Assembly (NCBI RefSeq): GCF_011386835.1
Contig: NC_088803.1
Coordinates: 51,522,001 to 51,586,000, forward strand
DNA from: Chrysemys picta bellii
Taxonomy: Eukaryota
DNA length: 64,000 nucleotides
Direction: 5' to 3'
Position 1 is the first letter of the stretch, and every line of letters starts with the position of its first letter. Below are positions 13,356-26,226 of the stretch, piece after piece. Both the position numbers and the translations under genes were made by a program. The notes under the pieces are model-generated. The model worked only from the letters and a program-made list of their open reading frames with translations. It searched no databases and was not told where the DNA came from.

Positions 13356-15461
13356 ATAAAAGTGATCATTCTGTGCATTCATAACTTAAAACATACTTTC
13401 TTCAAGTCTGAAGCATGTGGAAGCATCATAGTTCATAGGATGATTTCCTGGTTGCTTCAGGTTATGTTCTACTGGTTATGTGTACACACCATTAATAAGA
13501 ACTTGAGTATATATTCTTCCCTGTGTTGTAAAGTAGTTCTATAGTTTCTTCTAGGCAGAAGTCTTTTATAAAGTGTTTTAGATAAAACTTGGTAGGCTGG
13601 AGAAAATAGAAATAACAACCATATATGCTGTATTGAGATGGTATTTTCAGTAGTGGGGGAGAAGAACACTGGCTGGGGCATCGTACAGAGCAAAAGATGG
13701 CCATTAGCAGTATATGCAGACTTCCAGAAAAAAAAAATTAAGGCAGTGAATGACCCAAATAAACAAAGTGAAAAGAACATTTAGCACATATTTGATTTTT
13801 ATTTATTTTTATTTTTGAAGGCCAAAATGTTTAGGTCACCTTTAAGCTAACAATCACCTGAATTGCATGATGAATTACAGTGCAGTGGCAATGCAATTAA
13901 ACATAACATAATGGCAAATCTTAATATATATTAATTTTTTTGTTGAAGTTAGTCTGGTTTTAAAACTAAGGGGGGTTGGTGGTTGTAATCTTTTTTTGCA
14001 GCTTGGAGTTATGTGTTTTGTTTGTTTTTGGGGTGATGTTTTGCATTTTTTTTTAATTGGTAGGGTAGCTTCTTTACTTTGGTAATCTCTCTAAGTAAAT
14101 AAGTAGAATATTCTGTTGTTCAGACTACTCCTAGAGTGCAAATGGCCCCATTGCAATGAAGCAGCACATGGCCCTTTGTACCACCTAAACTCTTGTTGCA
14201 ACTGTATGGAGGAACCTGTAAGCAGAGTGTTTGCACAGGGGCATTTTTGCCCTCCTTGCATTCTATAGAAAGGGTCTCCTCACTAGGCCTACAGATGGGT
14301 GGAGGCTAGAAATAGGGCAGGTCAAGGGAGGGGACCTGGGATCAGTGTTACATGGACAATGTGTCACGCCCACTGCTTCTAGGAGTAATAGCATGATGAC
14401 GCAGTTTCTGCCTTCATTGGCAAGAGTAACAGCTCTGGGAGGATGCCACACTGCAGCCCCTCATCTTGGCCCTAGATTGGCAGGTATTTGATTTCACATC
14501 CTTGTGCTTTCACCAGCACATGAAATTCACCCACATAGACCCTAATTACTTGGTCTTCATGCAAGTGAAATGCATTTCTTCTGAAGTTAAGAGAAAAAGA
14601 TAATTGGTCTATAGTTCTTGCCACAACCATGCCCAAAAGTCTGGGGAGACTCATTTTACAGCTGATTGAATCAGGGAATTGGGGGGAGGGGGACCCTCCT
14701 CTTTATTTTTTATTAGGCTCCTTGCTGTTTGTTAATGTATCACTAAGAGCTGCTGGCATAATTTTGAGTGTACTTGTTTTATAATGGTCCCTTCAATCTG
14801 AATATCTTTCTAATGTTAATTCTTTAGTGATATTTAACTCTATACACTAAAATTTCTCATTAAACTTTATATCATGTTTTTTTTTTTTTTTGTTAAAAAG
14901 CCATAAGTGATAGCTTGTTGTTAAATCCGTGTTTGGGATTAAACTCATAAGTTATAACGTATCATGTGATTAAGGCACTGCTAATACATTCAGAACATGC
15001 TATTTAGGTTAGTAGTCGATCTTTGGATTTTTTTCCCGCCCATTATTTCAGTTCTTTACTTTCCTTCTCAAACCCATGAGTTGAGGATTTTGTCATTTAA
15101 ACCTTTGAAACTTAAAAAAAAAAAAAAAAAAAAAAGGCAGTGAACAAAGTTCTTTAAAAAAAAACACATTATTAATTGTAGTTTTGTTTTCTATCTTGTC
15201 AAATCTGAAAATGACATGCACTAACACCAAGCATTTCTAAATGGTTTTCAACCTGAAGCTTTAAAAAAAGAAAAGAAAGTGTGTTGGATCTTAACCATCT
15301 GTTGATTCAGTTGTCTTCCTGACCCAGAAAATAATATTGTAAGAAGATTACCTAAATAGTGTTGGTAATATTTGCTGTCCTTTCTCTGAGTAAGGTTGAG
15401 GTAAGGAGGAATAGGTTGTCAGAGTGTATTTTCTTTGTTTGACATACTCATGAGCTTTCTA

Positions 15462-15737
15462 AGGGGGGTGTAACTCTCACTGTTAGGGATGCAATGAGGG
15501 CAGGGAATCAGGGGGCCCAGGATTCCCGCCCTCCTTGGCCATAGATGGGGAGGGGGTCCCAACTCTCAGGGTGATGCAGGGAGGGGAAAAGTGTTTCAGT
15601 CAGTCAGTGTCTCTCCTGTGGGAGGAGAGCGAGAAGAGGTCATGGCAGTGGGGGGGAGGAGGGGGAAGGGGCCGACGCATACACACAAATGCACCTCTTG
15701 GACTCCCTCTTTTAGGAAATTTCTGGTTGCACCCCTG
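15462..15737. mobile_element. hAT-like MITE
   Basis: Right end ggttgcacccctg versus left aggggggtgtaact, with a GC-rich body; no TSD recognised. Confidence 0.5.
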
Positions 15738-17519
15738 GTTGCTGTAGAAATACAGGGTTTTTTTCAGTTTTTCTCTGGCATAGTTTATACTGTTGTAAGA
15801 AGCTAATTGAGAATACATAAAGGTGCTCATCATACCTTTGCTGATTTTTCTAATGGATTTTAAACCTGAGAAATCTTTGTGCTTGGTGAGTAAAGGGAAC
15901 TGCTGATTACTAAAAGGCTTAGTTTCATGTCAACTTTACTGTGGTATTGTAAACATTAAGCTAACAAAACAAAGTGTAAAATTCTGTGTAAATGAACATT
16001 AATTTTAAAGGATGTACAAGCATTGTACCTTTTGTAATGATGACACTGAAAGAGAAGCATGAAATCCCTAATATTCAATTAATGGACAATGGAAATACAG
16101 GATGATTCCTGTTTCAGTGGATATTCATATATTGTGTTTAGAACAACTGAGCAGAAGGTAATGCATACTTTTAAACTTAACCAATTCAAATCAGCTTAAA
16201 AATAAAAGTAATAAAAAAATTAAATTTATTTTCATTTCTTGCCATTCAGGTAATGCTATAGGAAATAAATTGATCTGATTACTTTTTCCATATTTTCCAT
16301 AGTTAAAAAGTCAGTTAAGTTTTCCGTTTTCTGGTGATTGAAATCAACTCTCATTTAAAAAAAAATTTGTCATGTTTTCAGATTAGTCTGTTCTAAAGTT
16401 CTCCATATGTCCGTTTGGATCTTCCTGTTTACTCTCTCTGTTTGTTTATAGAAGCAATTCCTATGAGGCGTGTTATACAACAGATTGCATGGCAAAAAGG
16501 GCCATTTTCTCTTGGGCTAACCAGTTAATATTTTATTTTTAGATATGCATTGAAGCCAATAATTTATACTTTCACTAAAAGTTAAAGGAATACGTTTATA
16601 CTGTGGTCAGTTTTCCCAAGTGGTATTCATGTAGGCAGGAACGTTTTCTGACAAGATTTAGAGGAGAGTTGATGTCATTTTAAGCATGTCATAATCATCT
16701 TGGCATTTCAATTTAAGTTTTCTACAGGAGTTGACTGTTAAATCTGTTAGTGCTCTTGGCAGTGGAGGATACTATTTTCATGTCGCTATCACTGAGATCT
16801 TCTATGTATATTTTTCCATGAACAGTGCTGACTACAGGACAATTGATAGTTTTAATTTCTGATTAAGAAAATCGTCTTGCTTCCATGAAACAATTTAAAG
16901 AAAAAAATAATCTTAACATTTCTTACTATATTAACCAGAATGGATTAAAACCTAAACTCAGACATTGTTTACTTACATGCATAGTACAAAACATCAATGA
17001 TATACCTTCATTTGATACTTGCAATTGGTGGAAACAAACAAGTAGATATTAATTGTTGTTCTGTATCTATTTTATGCTGCATATCTTTCCTTTCCATTTT
17101 CAGGAGTGGCATATTATTTCCCCTTATGCTCCAAAAAATTGCCCATTCTATTAGCCTTCGCTGTTGCTTTAATAAGTGGGCAGCTGTTTACTTCACGTTT
17201 ATTACCAAGTATAGCTTCCCAAGGGAACTAGCAAGGGAATTACGAAAGCTAAACCACTGTTTCTTACTTTGCTAAAGTTCAGACTACTTTTAGCCTGAAT
17301 TGGACACCGTATGTAAGTTCTCTAGAGTCACAATGCAGAGCTGCAATGTAAACAGGGCAATATGCATCAGTATTGTAGATTTAATCAGAACACCAGTTAA
17401 TCTCATATTTGTGTAGGTGGACTGTGATTGTGCAATTACCTAAAGTGTTGTAATACTATAAACCTGATTTTTTTCCCCCCATGATTCATTTGAACGTTGA
17501 AAATATTTTTTACTCTGTA

Positions 17520-18125
17520 TCTCAAAGAAGATGTATTAGAATTGGAAAAGGTACAGAGAAGGGCAACAAAAATGATTAATAGTATGGAACAGCTTCCACA
17601 TGATGAGAGATTAAAAAGACTGGGACTTTTCAGCTTGGAAAAGAGATGACTAAGGGATATGAGAGAGGTCTATAAAATCATGAATGGTGCGGATAAAGTG
17701 AATAAGGAAGTGTTGTTTACTCCTTCACGTACCACAAGAATTGGGTCACCCAGTGCAATTAGTAGGCAACAGGTTTAAAACAAACATAAGGAAATTCTTC
17801 AGACAATGCACAGTCACCTGTGGAACTCATTGCCAGGGGCTATTGTGGAGGCCAGACCTATAACAGGATTCAAAAAATAATTAGATAAGTTCATGGAGGC
17901 TAGGTCCATCGATGGCTATTAGCCAAGAAGGTGAGGGATGCTCTAGATGTTCCTAGCCTCTGGGTGCCAGAGCAGGGACTGGACAACAGGGATGGATCAC
18001 TCGATGATTGTCTGTTCTGTGTATTCTCTGTGAACTATCTGGCATTGGCCGCTGTCAGAAGACAGGATACTGGGCTGGATGGACCATTGGTCTGATCCAG
18101 TAGGCCGTTCTTACATTCGTATGTA
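17520..18125 (+). mobile_element. CR1 LINE 3' fragment (ORF2 C-terminus plus long 3'UTR)
   Basis: Encodes [12 protein letters not shown]...LGLFSLEKR and ends gggctggatggaccattggtctgatccagtaggccgttcttac. Confidence 0.88.
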
Positions 18126-19234
18126 CTCTCCATGTGTTCTTGAACCTGCCACAGACCATTGCCCATTCACAAGGAAATCACATAAGTTCTAATGGTAAAT
18201 TAAGACAAGAAATCCACCTGTTTATAACTGGAGATAGTAACTTAGTAATTTAATTTTGCCTCATTACTGCCTACATTTAGTTTTTCTTGGCATTCTCCAC
18301 TGCCCTGCAATGTTTATTGTTAAATAGAAGGAAAGCTTGAAAATATTCTCTTTTCATTGCTCCTGAATGTAACTAACTAAACTATGAGAGTAACTTTAAT
18401 ACAGAAGACCAAAACAGAGGAGGCCAAACCAGAAGATAGTAAGAAGTGCAAGAGTAGCAGTGGTGTTTCACATGAACTAAAACTTAAATAAACTGAGGAA
18501 GTAATGGGGAATCCTTATTACAAGGCATATTAAAGTCACTTTAATCTTTTTTGGTATTTAATAAATGTTGGGCGGTTTTGTTTTGTAGTGGGTGGTTTAA
18601 GTAAGAGACTCTTACCCAGTTTCGGTGGAATGCTCCATTGTAATTTTGATTAAGTTGTATCTTTTGTGAAATAATTGTTCATGCCATGCAATTTAACATT
18701 TGCACGTATTTAATAATTTGATTAAAATTATGCTAAATTTTTATACACCTTGTTTGCTATCTTGCAAGCAAATTATTGTACTCTCTTGTAATAAGAATGA
18801 AAAGCCTTTGAAAGGACTTAAAGTATTTTAAATTGTGCTTTTTTTACAGCTTAGTTTACAATACCATATTGAACAATGCATATACAGTATTTGTTCCTAA
18901 TGATTTTGCCCACTTTCTTTTCACAAGCAATCGTTTGTTTGTGAGATTGAAATGAGGCAACAATTAAGATGGCTGTTAAGGTTTAATTAACAATTTTAAA
19001 CTTGTATAGCAATTTGTCTTAGTCAAAACATCATTATATATTTTCACCATTGATTGTCAACATACTTTCTGAGTACTGTATACCATTTAGCTGCTGTCAC
19101 AACATGAACAAAGGGATACACTTTTATTTTGTCTGGCACAGCAAAAATAAATTGGCCTTTTAGTGGCCAGTCATTTTCTTTTCCCTTAAACTGTAGTAGA
19201 GGTTTAGAATGTAATTCTTTTTAGGGTTTAGTTA

Positions 19235-19350
19235 TGCAACCTCGTACAAGTCTCTTAAGCTCTCTGCTTTCCCAATCATAAAATGTAGGTAGTACTTTCT
19301 CACCTTTTGTAAAGCACTTTGAGATCTGGGATTAAGGATACTATATAAAA
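19235..19350 (+). mobile_element. MIR-like SINE fragment
   Basis: Decayed CORE plus the tail ttgtaaagcactttgagatc, shared with the copy at 10364. Confidence 0.5.
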
Positions 19351-19809
19351 CAAATTATTTTATTTATTTATTATGGTTAAATGTTGGGCTTAAAACTTTG
19401 ACAGAATTTTTAAAGACAATTATATGGATAGTGGATAAATAATTTTTGTATATGTTCATGGAAAATTTAGAGCTATATGTTTGAAATAGTACTTGTTAAA
19501 GCAGTGTAATTGTTAAGAATATTTGTGCTACCTTTTTGCTTCTTTCTCCCATATGACTCTCTTTAGTGACCATATTGCTGCTGTGAGCTATAACCCCCAC
19601 CCCATACATCACATGCAGACAACTGGCATTTTGGGTGGGGAGGCTGGTTATAAAAACACAAAAGGCCTGGCATCACTACACTGCTGCGTTCCCTCCCACT
19701 GACAGAAGATAAACTGCAAGTGCTCATTCACTGCCTTTTCAGGGCCTTTTTTAAAACCACCAGCTGGTGCTAGTTCACGTGGGTGAGACTCGTTTCCTGT
19801 GTTCCCCAG

Positions 19810-19982
19810 GGCCTGGTGCCAACTTGAATCGTTCAAGGGGCGAATTTGATGGCAAAGTGGAAGCACCATCTCCCCTGCTGCCTTCATCACACCTTGCCAC
19901 TCAGAGCCCCCCTGTGATCTCCTGTTCTGGTGAAATGTCACCAGAAACCATGATAAAAGGAAAGCTGTCTTCCTCGGCTCAG
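19810..19982 (+). CDS. Predicted alternative exon A (173 nt, phase 1 to 0), Ser/Pro-rich linker
   Basis: Acceptor cgtttcctgtgttccccag|GG and donor CAG|gtaaga. Open in the frame continuing from 12510 (C+GG=Arg): RPGANLNRSRGEFDGKVEAPSPLLPSSHLATQSPPVISCSGEMSPETMIKGKLSSSAQ. Confidence 0.65.
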
Positions 19983-21178
19983 GTAAGATCAAGAGATAGC
20001 GGCAAAAATTTGTAAATGTTAGGGGGGTTTAACACACATTCTCCCTAGTAGAAAAACGTGCAGTGACCATCGTATTTTATACTTTTGCCATGTCACACTA
20101 GAGTTACATTTTCAAAATATCGTTAATTTAAAACTTCAGCAAAAAAAATCCAGATTTGCTCCTGGGCTGGATTAAGAGCTAATATTTCCCTAATTTTGCA
20201 GCTCCCTTTCCCTTTTTTCTTTCTTTCTTTCCGCAGTGGAACGTACATCCAAAAGTAATTAGTGTTTTTTACAAAAATGGCATGTGTGCTTTTTATTATA
20301 AAAAACATTAAGAGTTATAATACAGTATAAGGATGCTTGAACACGCAAGTGTCCAGTGTGCTTTTTTACTCAGTACTTAAACATGGATAGAAGCAGGGAT
20401 TGCTTTCCGTAATGGAAAAGTTTCTGAACTAAAATATGTAGCTGTCAGTAATGAGTTACCTTTTTAAATATTTTTGAATGAGTTATTTACTCCATTTGTT
20501 TAATAAGGAGGCAAAATACAGCTCTTCCTTTGCAGTCACCTTAGAAAAAAACACATGGTAAGAAAGGTTAATTAATCACCCCACCCTGTCCCCAATCTCT
20601 GAGAAACCTACCCAGACTACAACATCCGCACTATTCCATAGACAGGGTCACCATCTGCCATGCAGTGGCATAGTGCAAACTGCTTATGCCAAATTCAGAT
20701 CAGTAATATCATGTAGTCTTAACATAAAAGAAACTGAGGAGAGCATGATTTTGCTTGATATGGCTATTTCTGTATGGAAAGAAAAATATCAGTAAAGGGT
20801 TAAGGGCAAACTAGGTACCTGGATCCATATGCCAGCTCTTAAATAAAAGTAGCCTGACTTTCAGAATTGCTCTGCACTGTGGTTCCCATTAAGTTGAAGG
20901 GAGCTGTGTGTGCTAGGCAACTCTGAAAATGGAACCACATTTACTTACGAACCCAAATATGAATTTAAATTCCTATCTAGGTTCCCTTCTTCGTGCTCCA
21001 AACTTGAAAACTTGACCTCCATCTCTAAATTTGTTAATAATGAAAAGTCTGTAGAAGAGAAATTAATTATTGCTGAATAGAATGCTGGATCTCTGTTAAA
21101 GAAGTGGAGGGTTGGTGGGTGGGTGAGAAATATTTTTCTGTGTGTTTATTTTAACTTAATTGCACTTTTCATTTGCAG

Positions 21179-21230
21179 GCCCCCTGTGATGGATTTTTAG
21201 CACTGTGGCAGTTTGACAACTCTGACACAG
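21179..21230 (+). CDS. Predicted alternative exon B (52 nt, phase 0 to 1)
   Basis: Acceptor ttaacttaattgcacttttcatttgcag|GCC and donor CAG|gtaaat. Only the phase-0 frame is open (APCDGFLALWQFDNSDT+G), and this is the frame needed to join exon A to exon C across an 85-nt intron. Confidence 0.62.
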
Positions 21231-21315
21231 GTAAATGGAGAGAACAATACCTTTAATAAAAAATTATTTTGTACTTAAAGTCATTAACGTGTGTGTGCAT
21301 GTGTTTCTGTTTTAG

Positions 21316-21908
21316 ATATAAACATTTCAAGATCTGAAGATGACTTAAGGAATGAAGGCCTGTTCTCGGATTCAACCTTAACCAAGAGTCTGACTTGTGG
21401 TTTCTGCAGGAGGGTTTTTGAGTGCACTGAAAAGTTGAAGGAGCACATACACGAGCATGCTTTTTCCATGATTCTTCCTTTTGACTTAATTGACTGTGCC
21501 AGACCTGTGCTCATTGACCTCACTGATCATGTGTCCCAGGATCAGCTTGCCCGTTTCCAATGCTCTAAGTGCCCTGCAAGCTTCACACTAAAATCAAATA
21601 TGGATAGGCATGAAAAGACAATCCACTTTAACCACAAGAAGATGCAGTGTCCTGACTGCTTAAAACTCTTCCGAGACAAAACAGATCTGAACCGGCATCT
21701 CATGTCCGTGCACTCAGATGAACGTACCTTTGTGTGTCTCTTTTGCAGTAAAGGTTTTGGTACACAAAAGAATCTCACTACTCATATGAAAGTGTGTTAC
21801 CTGGGCTCTGCCCAGCCAATGGGTGAAGAAGTTCTGGATCGTGTGGATCAAAATCAGGAACCTGAGGAGGTCCATCAAAGCTGTATTAAGGAAATGAGAA
21901 AATCATGA
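21316..21908 (+). CDS. Predicted alternative terminal exon C encoding four zinc fingers (3 C2H2 + 1 C2HC)
   Basis: Acceptor cattaac...gtgtttctgttttag|AT, phase 1. Uninterrupted ORF to TGA at 21906-21908. Fingers: CGFC-x12-H-x3-H (21396-21458), CSKC-x12-H-x4-H (21561-21626), CPDC-x12-H-x4-H (21648-21713), CLFC-x12-H-x3-C (21735-21797). Confidence 0.85.
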
Positions 21909-23620
21909 AATTGGAGGGAGATGGGATCACATGTTTTAGGCATTAATTTTTTTATTAAATCCATAAATTAAGAGGAGTATATTGCTGCATTGTTACTTGC
22001 CGAAAATGGGTTTACCATTGGATAAGCTATAACACTATAATAATTCCCAGATATTGGACAGATTGGTCAGGCATTATTTCAGTTCCAGATTTTGTAAACT
22101 AAAAACTCTAATTAGAATCAAGATGCAATTTTGTGTAAGAATATTTTTGATAGATAATATAATGGTATTTTGGATTACTCCTGATTAGAGGTTGCATTCC
22201 CTTTAAATTTTTACATGTCATGATTAAGAGCTTTGGCTTGTGTATTTTTTAAATATAAGCTCAAGCCTTTAGAGAAGATTTAATTTGTTATACAGAGATA
22301 ATGGTTTTAAAGATAATTAATTTATTTTTAAAAGCAGTTTTAAAAGATTCCTTTGTAAACATAGCAATTCATGGCAGTATGTTATTTGCTGTCCCTATGT
22401 ACTGTGGGGGTCTTTATGAATGGAAATGATCAGTGATTGTAAACATTTCCTTGGTTTAAAATTCTGCTTTATGGGTTCTGTTAAAAATAGTCTCAAATGG
22501 ATTATTGAGAAGTATACAGGATAACTGCATTTGGGAGTGGAAGAGGGTGTGTCTCTGTGTCAACTTTGTCATCTAAGGAGATTTCCTCCTCTGATGTTAG
22601 GCATTACACAGTTAAACTATAAGCTTGTTCTGTACTGCAGCTAAAGTGAATCTGTTCTGAAAAGAACAAATTCCAGCAGATCTCAGGCATGGGAAGAGGA
22701 AGATAGTCCTACCAGAAAAGGTGAAGCTGGCCTGCTGTTTAATACAATTAGAATATGGCATTTTGAGATTTTTTTTTTAAACTTCCTTTGGCTTCCTGCC
22801 AATGTATCATGTATGTGCACTCAGCCACTTCCTCTTCCCTAAAACACTCTGGTTGTTGCCTGTATTAGGTGAGAAACTCTGTTGAACCACTGTGCAAGTA
22901 TTTCTGCTTTGCTGAATGTCTTCATTTATACTCGTTTTTAAAACCACATAAAACTTCTGGAATGCTATTGGACAAAGATTAGATTTATATTGCATCAAAC
23001 AGATTATAAAAGAAACAGAACAACAAAAGACCTAAACTTTGCAATTGCACAACTGTGGGATTGAGCTGCTAGTTCCATCTCTGGCCCAAACTGCCAGTTA
23101 ATGAAAGTACTTTGCTATCACCAAATGCCACAAGCTATTTATAAAGAAGTCCAGCTTTCTGTATCATATTTAGAAACTCTGTGCTACTTGGGCATGGTTC
23201 TATACTAGGATTTTTTTCAAATTGCTGCAGGGTTAAGAACATTAGATTATTTAGTATGCTGCTGAATGTTACCTGGAGTTATTTTCTATATCTAGGAGTA
23301 AGAATGTGGCATTCAAAAACTAAGTTTCTTCAAGTGTTTTAACTCCGTCAATTGGTCTGTACATTGTGGTTGAGCCAGCCCAATTGAATGTACATAAAAA
23401 TAGATCCTCTTGCTTCAAAAAGCCTAATACTATATAGTGGGGACAGTGGAGCTTGACAATCAGCCACTGTTACTGGAAGGTTGAAGTCTAACTATAGTTC
23501 CCATTTAATTACTTTGGTTCAATTATTTGAAAGCTGTGAACTGTTTAACTTACAGCTTGCTATTTATTTTCATACAAATACATATTAGTTTAATTACTCT
23601 AACAATTGCTGTAGTTTAAG

Positions 23621-23977
23621 CAGGGCCGCCCGGGGGGGGGCAAGTGGGGCAATTTGCCCCGAGCCACGCAGTGGCCCCCACAAGAGTTTTTCGGGGCCCC
23701 TGGAGCGGTGTCCTTCACTCGCTCCGGGGGCCCTGGAAAACTCTCGCAGGGCCTGGGCCCACGGAGCGTCTTCCGCACCAGGTCTTCGGCAGCAATTCAG
23801 CGGCGGGGGGTCCTTCTGCTCCAGGACCCGCCACCGAAGTGCCCTGAAGACCTGCGGCGGGGGGTCCTTCCGCCCCAGGACCCGCCGCTGAAGTGCCGGG
23901 TCTTCATCAGCAATTCGATGGCGGGGGCCCCCCACCGCCGAAGACCCCAGACCCCCTGAATCCTCTGGGCGGCCCTG
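23621..23977. mobile_element. hAT MITE
   Basis: TIRs cagggccgccc / gggcggccctg, a perfect 8-bp TSD AGTTTAAG (23613-23620, 23978-23985), CpG-rich body. Confidence 0.9.
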
Positions 23978-25004
23978 AGTTTAAGGCACAGTAAGTGTGC
24001 TTTTCAAATACTCTGCCCAATGCACAAGTTGTCAGCAACTTGGTCTGGTGCTTAAGTGTTATGTAGTGTGTTGGGGTTAATTTGTATATTGGTTCTTTTG
24101 ATGTGTGTGACAACATAACTAGGAAACAATAACAAAACTTTTAGAAGTAGTAGTCCTGTGATTTCTCCAAAGTAGTTCTCTTGTAGCATGGCCATACCTC
24201 AGGAAAACAAGGCAGGGAAATGCTTAGTTTTGCACAAACAATATTGTATACTTGTAGGATGATTAAACATTAAGGGCCGGATTCTTTAGCCTGCTAAATC
24301 CACTTTTGCAAGCTGCACAAAGTGGGCATAAAACAGCTGAAGATGGCCAGTGGAGAATTTCTCATGCAGAGGAACGGTCTACCAGTGGAAAGCTGGAAGA
24401 GGTGGCTCTACCACCCCCAGCATGGAGGGGAAGCGCCGCCTTCTGGAGCACTGATCCACTACACTCAGTCTTCCTCTGGTGTAAATTATATCTGCTTCAC
24501 TGCAGCTCTAATTTGCACCAGAGCTGGGTGGCTTAGGGCCAGGAAGCCACAAACACCACTCAACCTCACCCCCACTGTGTCTGAGCAGATCACAGACAGT
24601 TTGAGAGTCTGTTCCTATGTAACAATTATGGCACATATCATGTTAATTGATATAGCAAGAAAGTCATATTAAACACTCCTTTGTCCATATAATGCTTTCC
24701 CCTTATTGATTATTGATATATGTATAAATAAGCCTTAGAATCAACCTGCTCCTCCTGTTATGCACTTGACTAATCTGCCTATTTGATGTTTGGCAATTGC
24801 TAAGTAAATTTACTGTGCTCTTTGGCAGATGGGAGAGGAGGTGGGAAGGAACTGAGCAGTGAGAGGGAACTGTGAAAAATCTCTCTGCCCCCATGAAAAA
24901 TATCTGTGGCATTATGGAAGCAGCAAATGAGGGCTTATCTAGACCATATCGGAAAGGGAGCATGAGTAACCACAGCATACCTAAAAGGACTGTTGTCTCA
25001 TGAC

Positions 25005-25150
25005 AGAGTCATAGTCATAAAGTTTAAGGCAACGGGGCTACTAAAGGGTCTGACCTCTTTATCGCAGGGCACCAACACCCTCACACTAATCCCAACTAAC
25101 CCAAAGTATTACAACCCATAGGAAGTTAGACTGTTATGTGCCACAGGCAG
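25005..25150 (-). mobile_element. CR1 3' end fragment
   Basis: agtcatagtcataaagtttaaggc...gtctgacctc matches a reverse-complemented CR1 tail. Confidence 0.55.
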
Positions 25151-26226
25151 ATATAATGGCCATATTAAATACTTATTGGGGGTGGGGGTTTCCCCCCTGT
25201 ACAAGGGAATTAATACCTGTGTAACATCAGTCACAAATCTGGCTCCTATCTGATTTCTTCAGTGATGCTTCAGTTCAGTCATTGGAACTCAAATTGCCAC
25301 AATGGTAATAAATGTAGTGAAACACATATGGAACTGTTAAAGTCACTGAATACATCTTATAAATAGAAGGAGTAGGTGGATCATGAAAGAAGACCCTTGA
25401 TCATTTCTTCCTCTTTTCTCTCATTCTAACCAACGCTCTGCTGGTTCTCTGATTTTGTAGCATTTTCTGCAGAGTTTGTTGTTTTGAGGTTTTTAAGTTT
25501 GTCCTTTATTATTTTGTGTTATTCTTTGTGAAAGTGTCTAGATAACATTCTTTCAACTAGATTAGCCCTCATTTCCCTAATGTTTAAGGGACTTGATTGA
25601 ATTAATTTAACATCCAAATGAGATCACATAGGTGTGGAAGAAATTACTTTCTACTAGACAGGTTAATTAGGCATTTTATTGTAATATGTACAGTTGATAC
25701 TGATGGTATTGATTCCTGACACCTGTGCAAATACTTATCAAACTTTTTGAGTGACTTGCAAGTTCTTGTCTTCACGGATAGGAGCAAATTTATTAAAAAC
25801 ACCACAAACATTAGAATTTCAGGAAACAATATAACAGATGTTATATAGTTGTAATAGAAAACTTTCTTAAAAATACAAGTTTAAGTTCAGAATTAGGAAG
25901 TAGGAGAAGATGTGATAGGGATTATTGGTTTTACTATGTAAATAAAAAAAATTGCAGTTTGAGCTTAAAAATATAAAATGCAGTCTAATGTGTAAAAGGA
26001 AAGGGGGAAAACTTGCCTCAGGTTATTTTGTGAAATACTTCTTGGCATCCAAAAGATTCAGTATTCCAATAATTGTCATGCAGTAACACAGCATATGCAT
26101 AAGTTACAGATTTATAGAATAAAATGTAGTTTTATATAGCACCTTTATGCAATAGTTATGTGGTGTTTTACAGAATAGCTACTGGTATTGATGTAACTGT
26201 GTAGGAAATGTAGAAGCTGTTTCTGA

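Noticed and set aside
12831-13382. 183-aa minus-strand ORF
   Set aside because: It has no recognisable domain, lies in AT-rich intron and overlaps a Penelope-like insert.
16102-16157. Short ORF ending at AAG|gtaatg as a possible first exon for the intronic finger cassette
   Set aside because: The donor is phase 2 in the open frame, which is incompatible with the phase-1 and phase-0 acceptors of exons A-C.
19743-19792. Alternative acceptor ttttcag|GGCC upstream of exon A
   Set aside because: It does not give an open frame through to the 19982 donor (TAA or TGA intervene).
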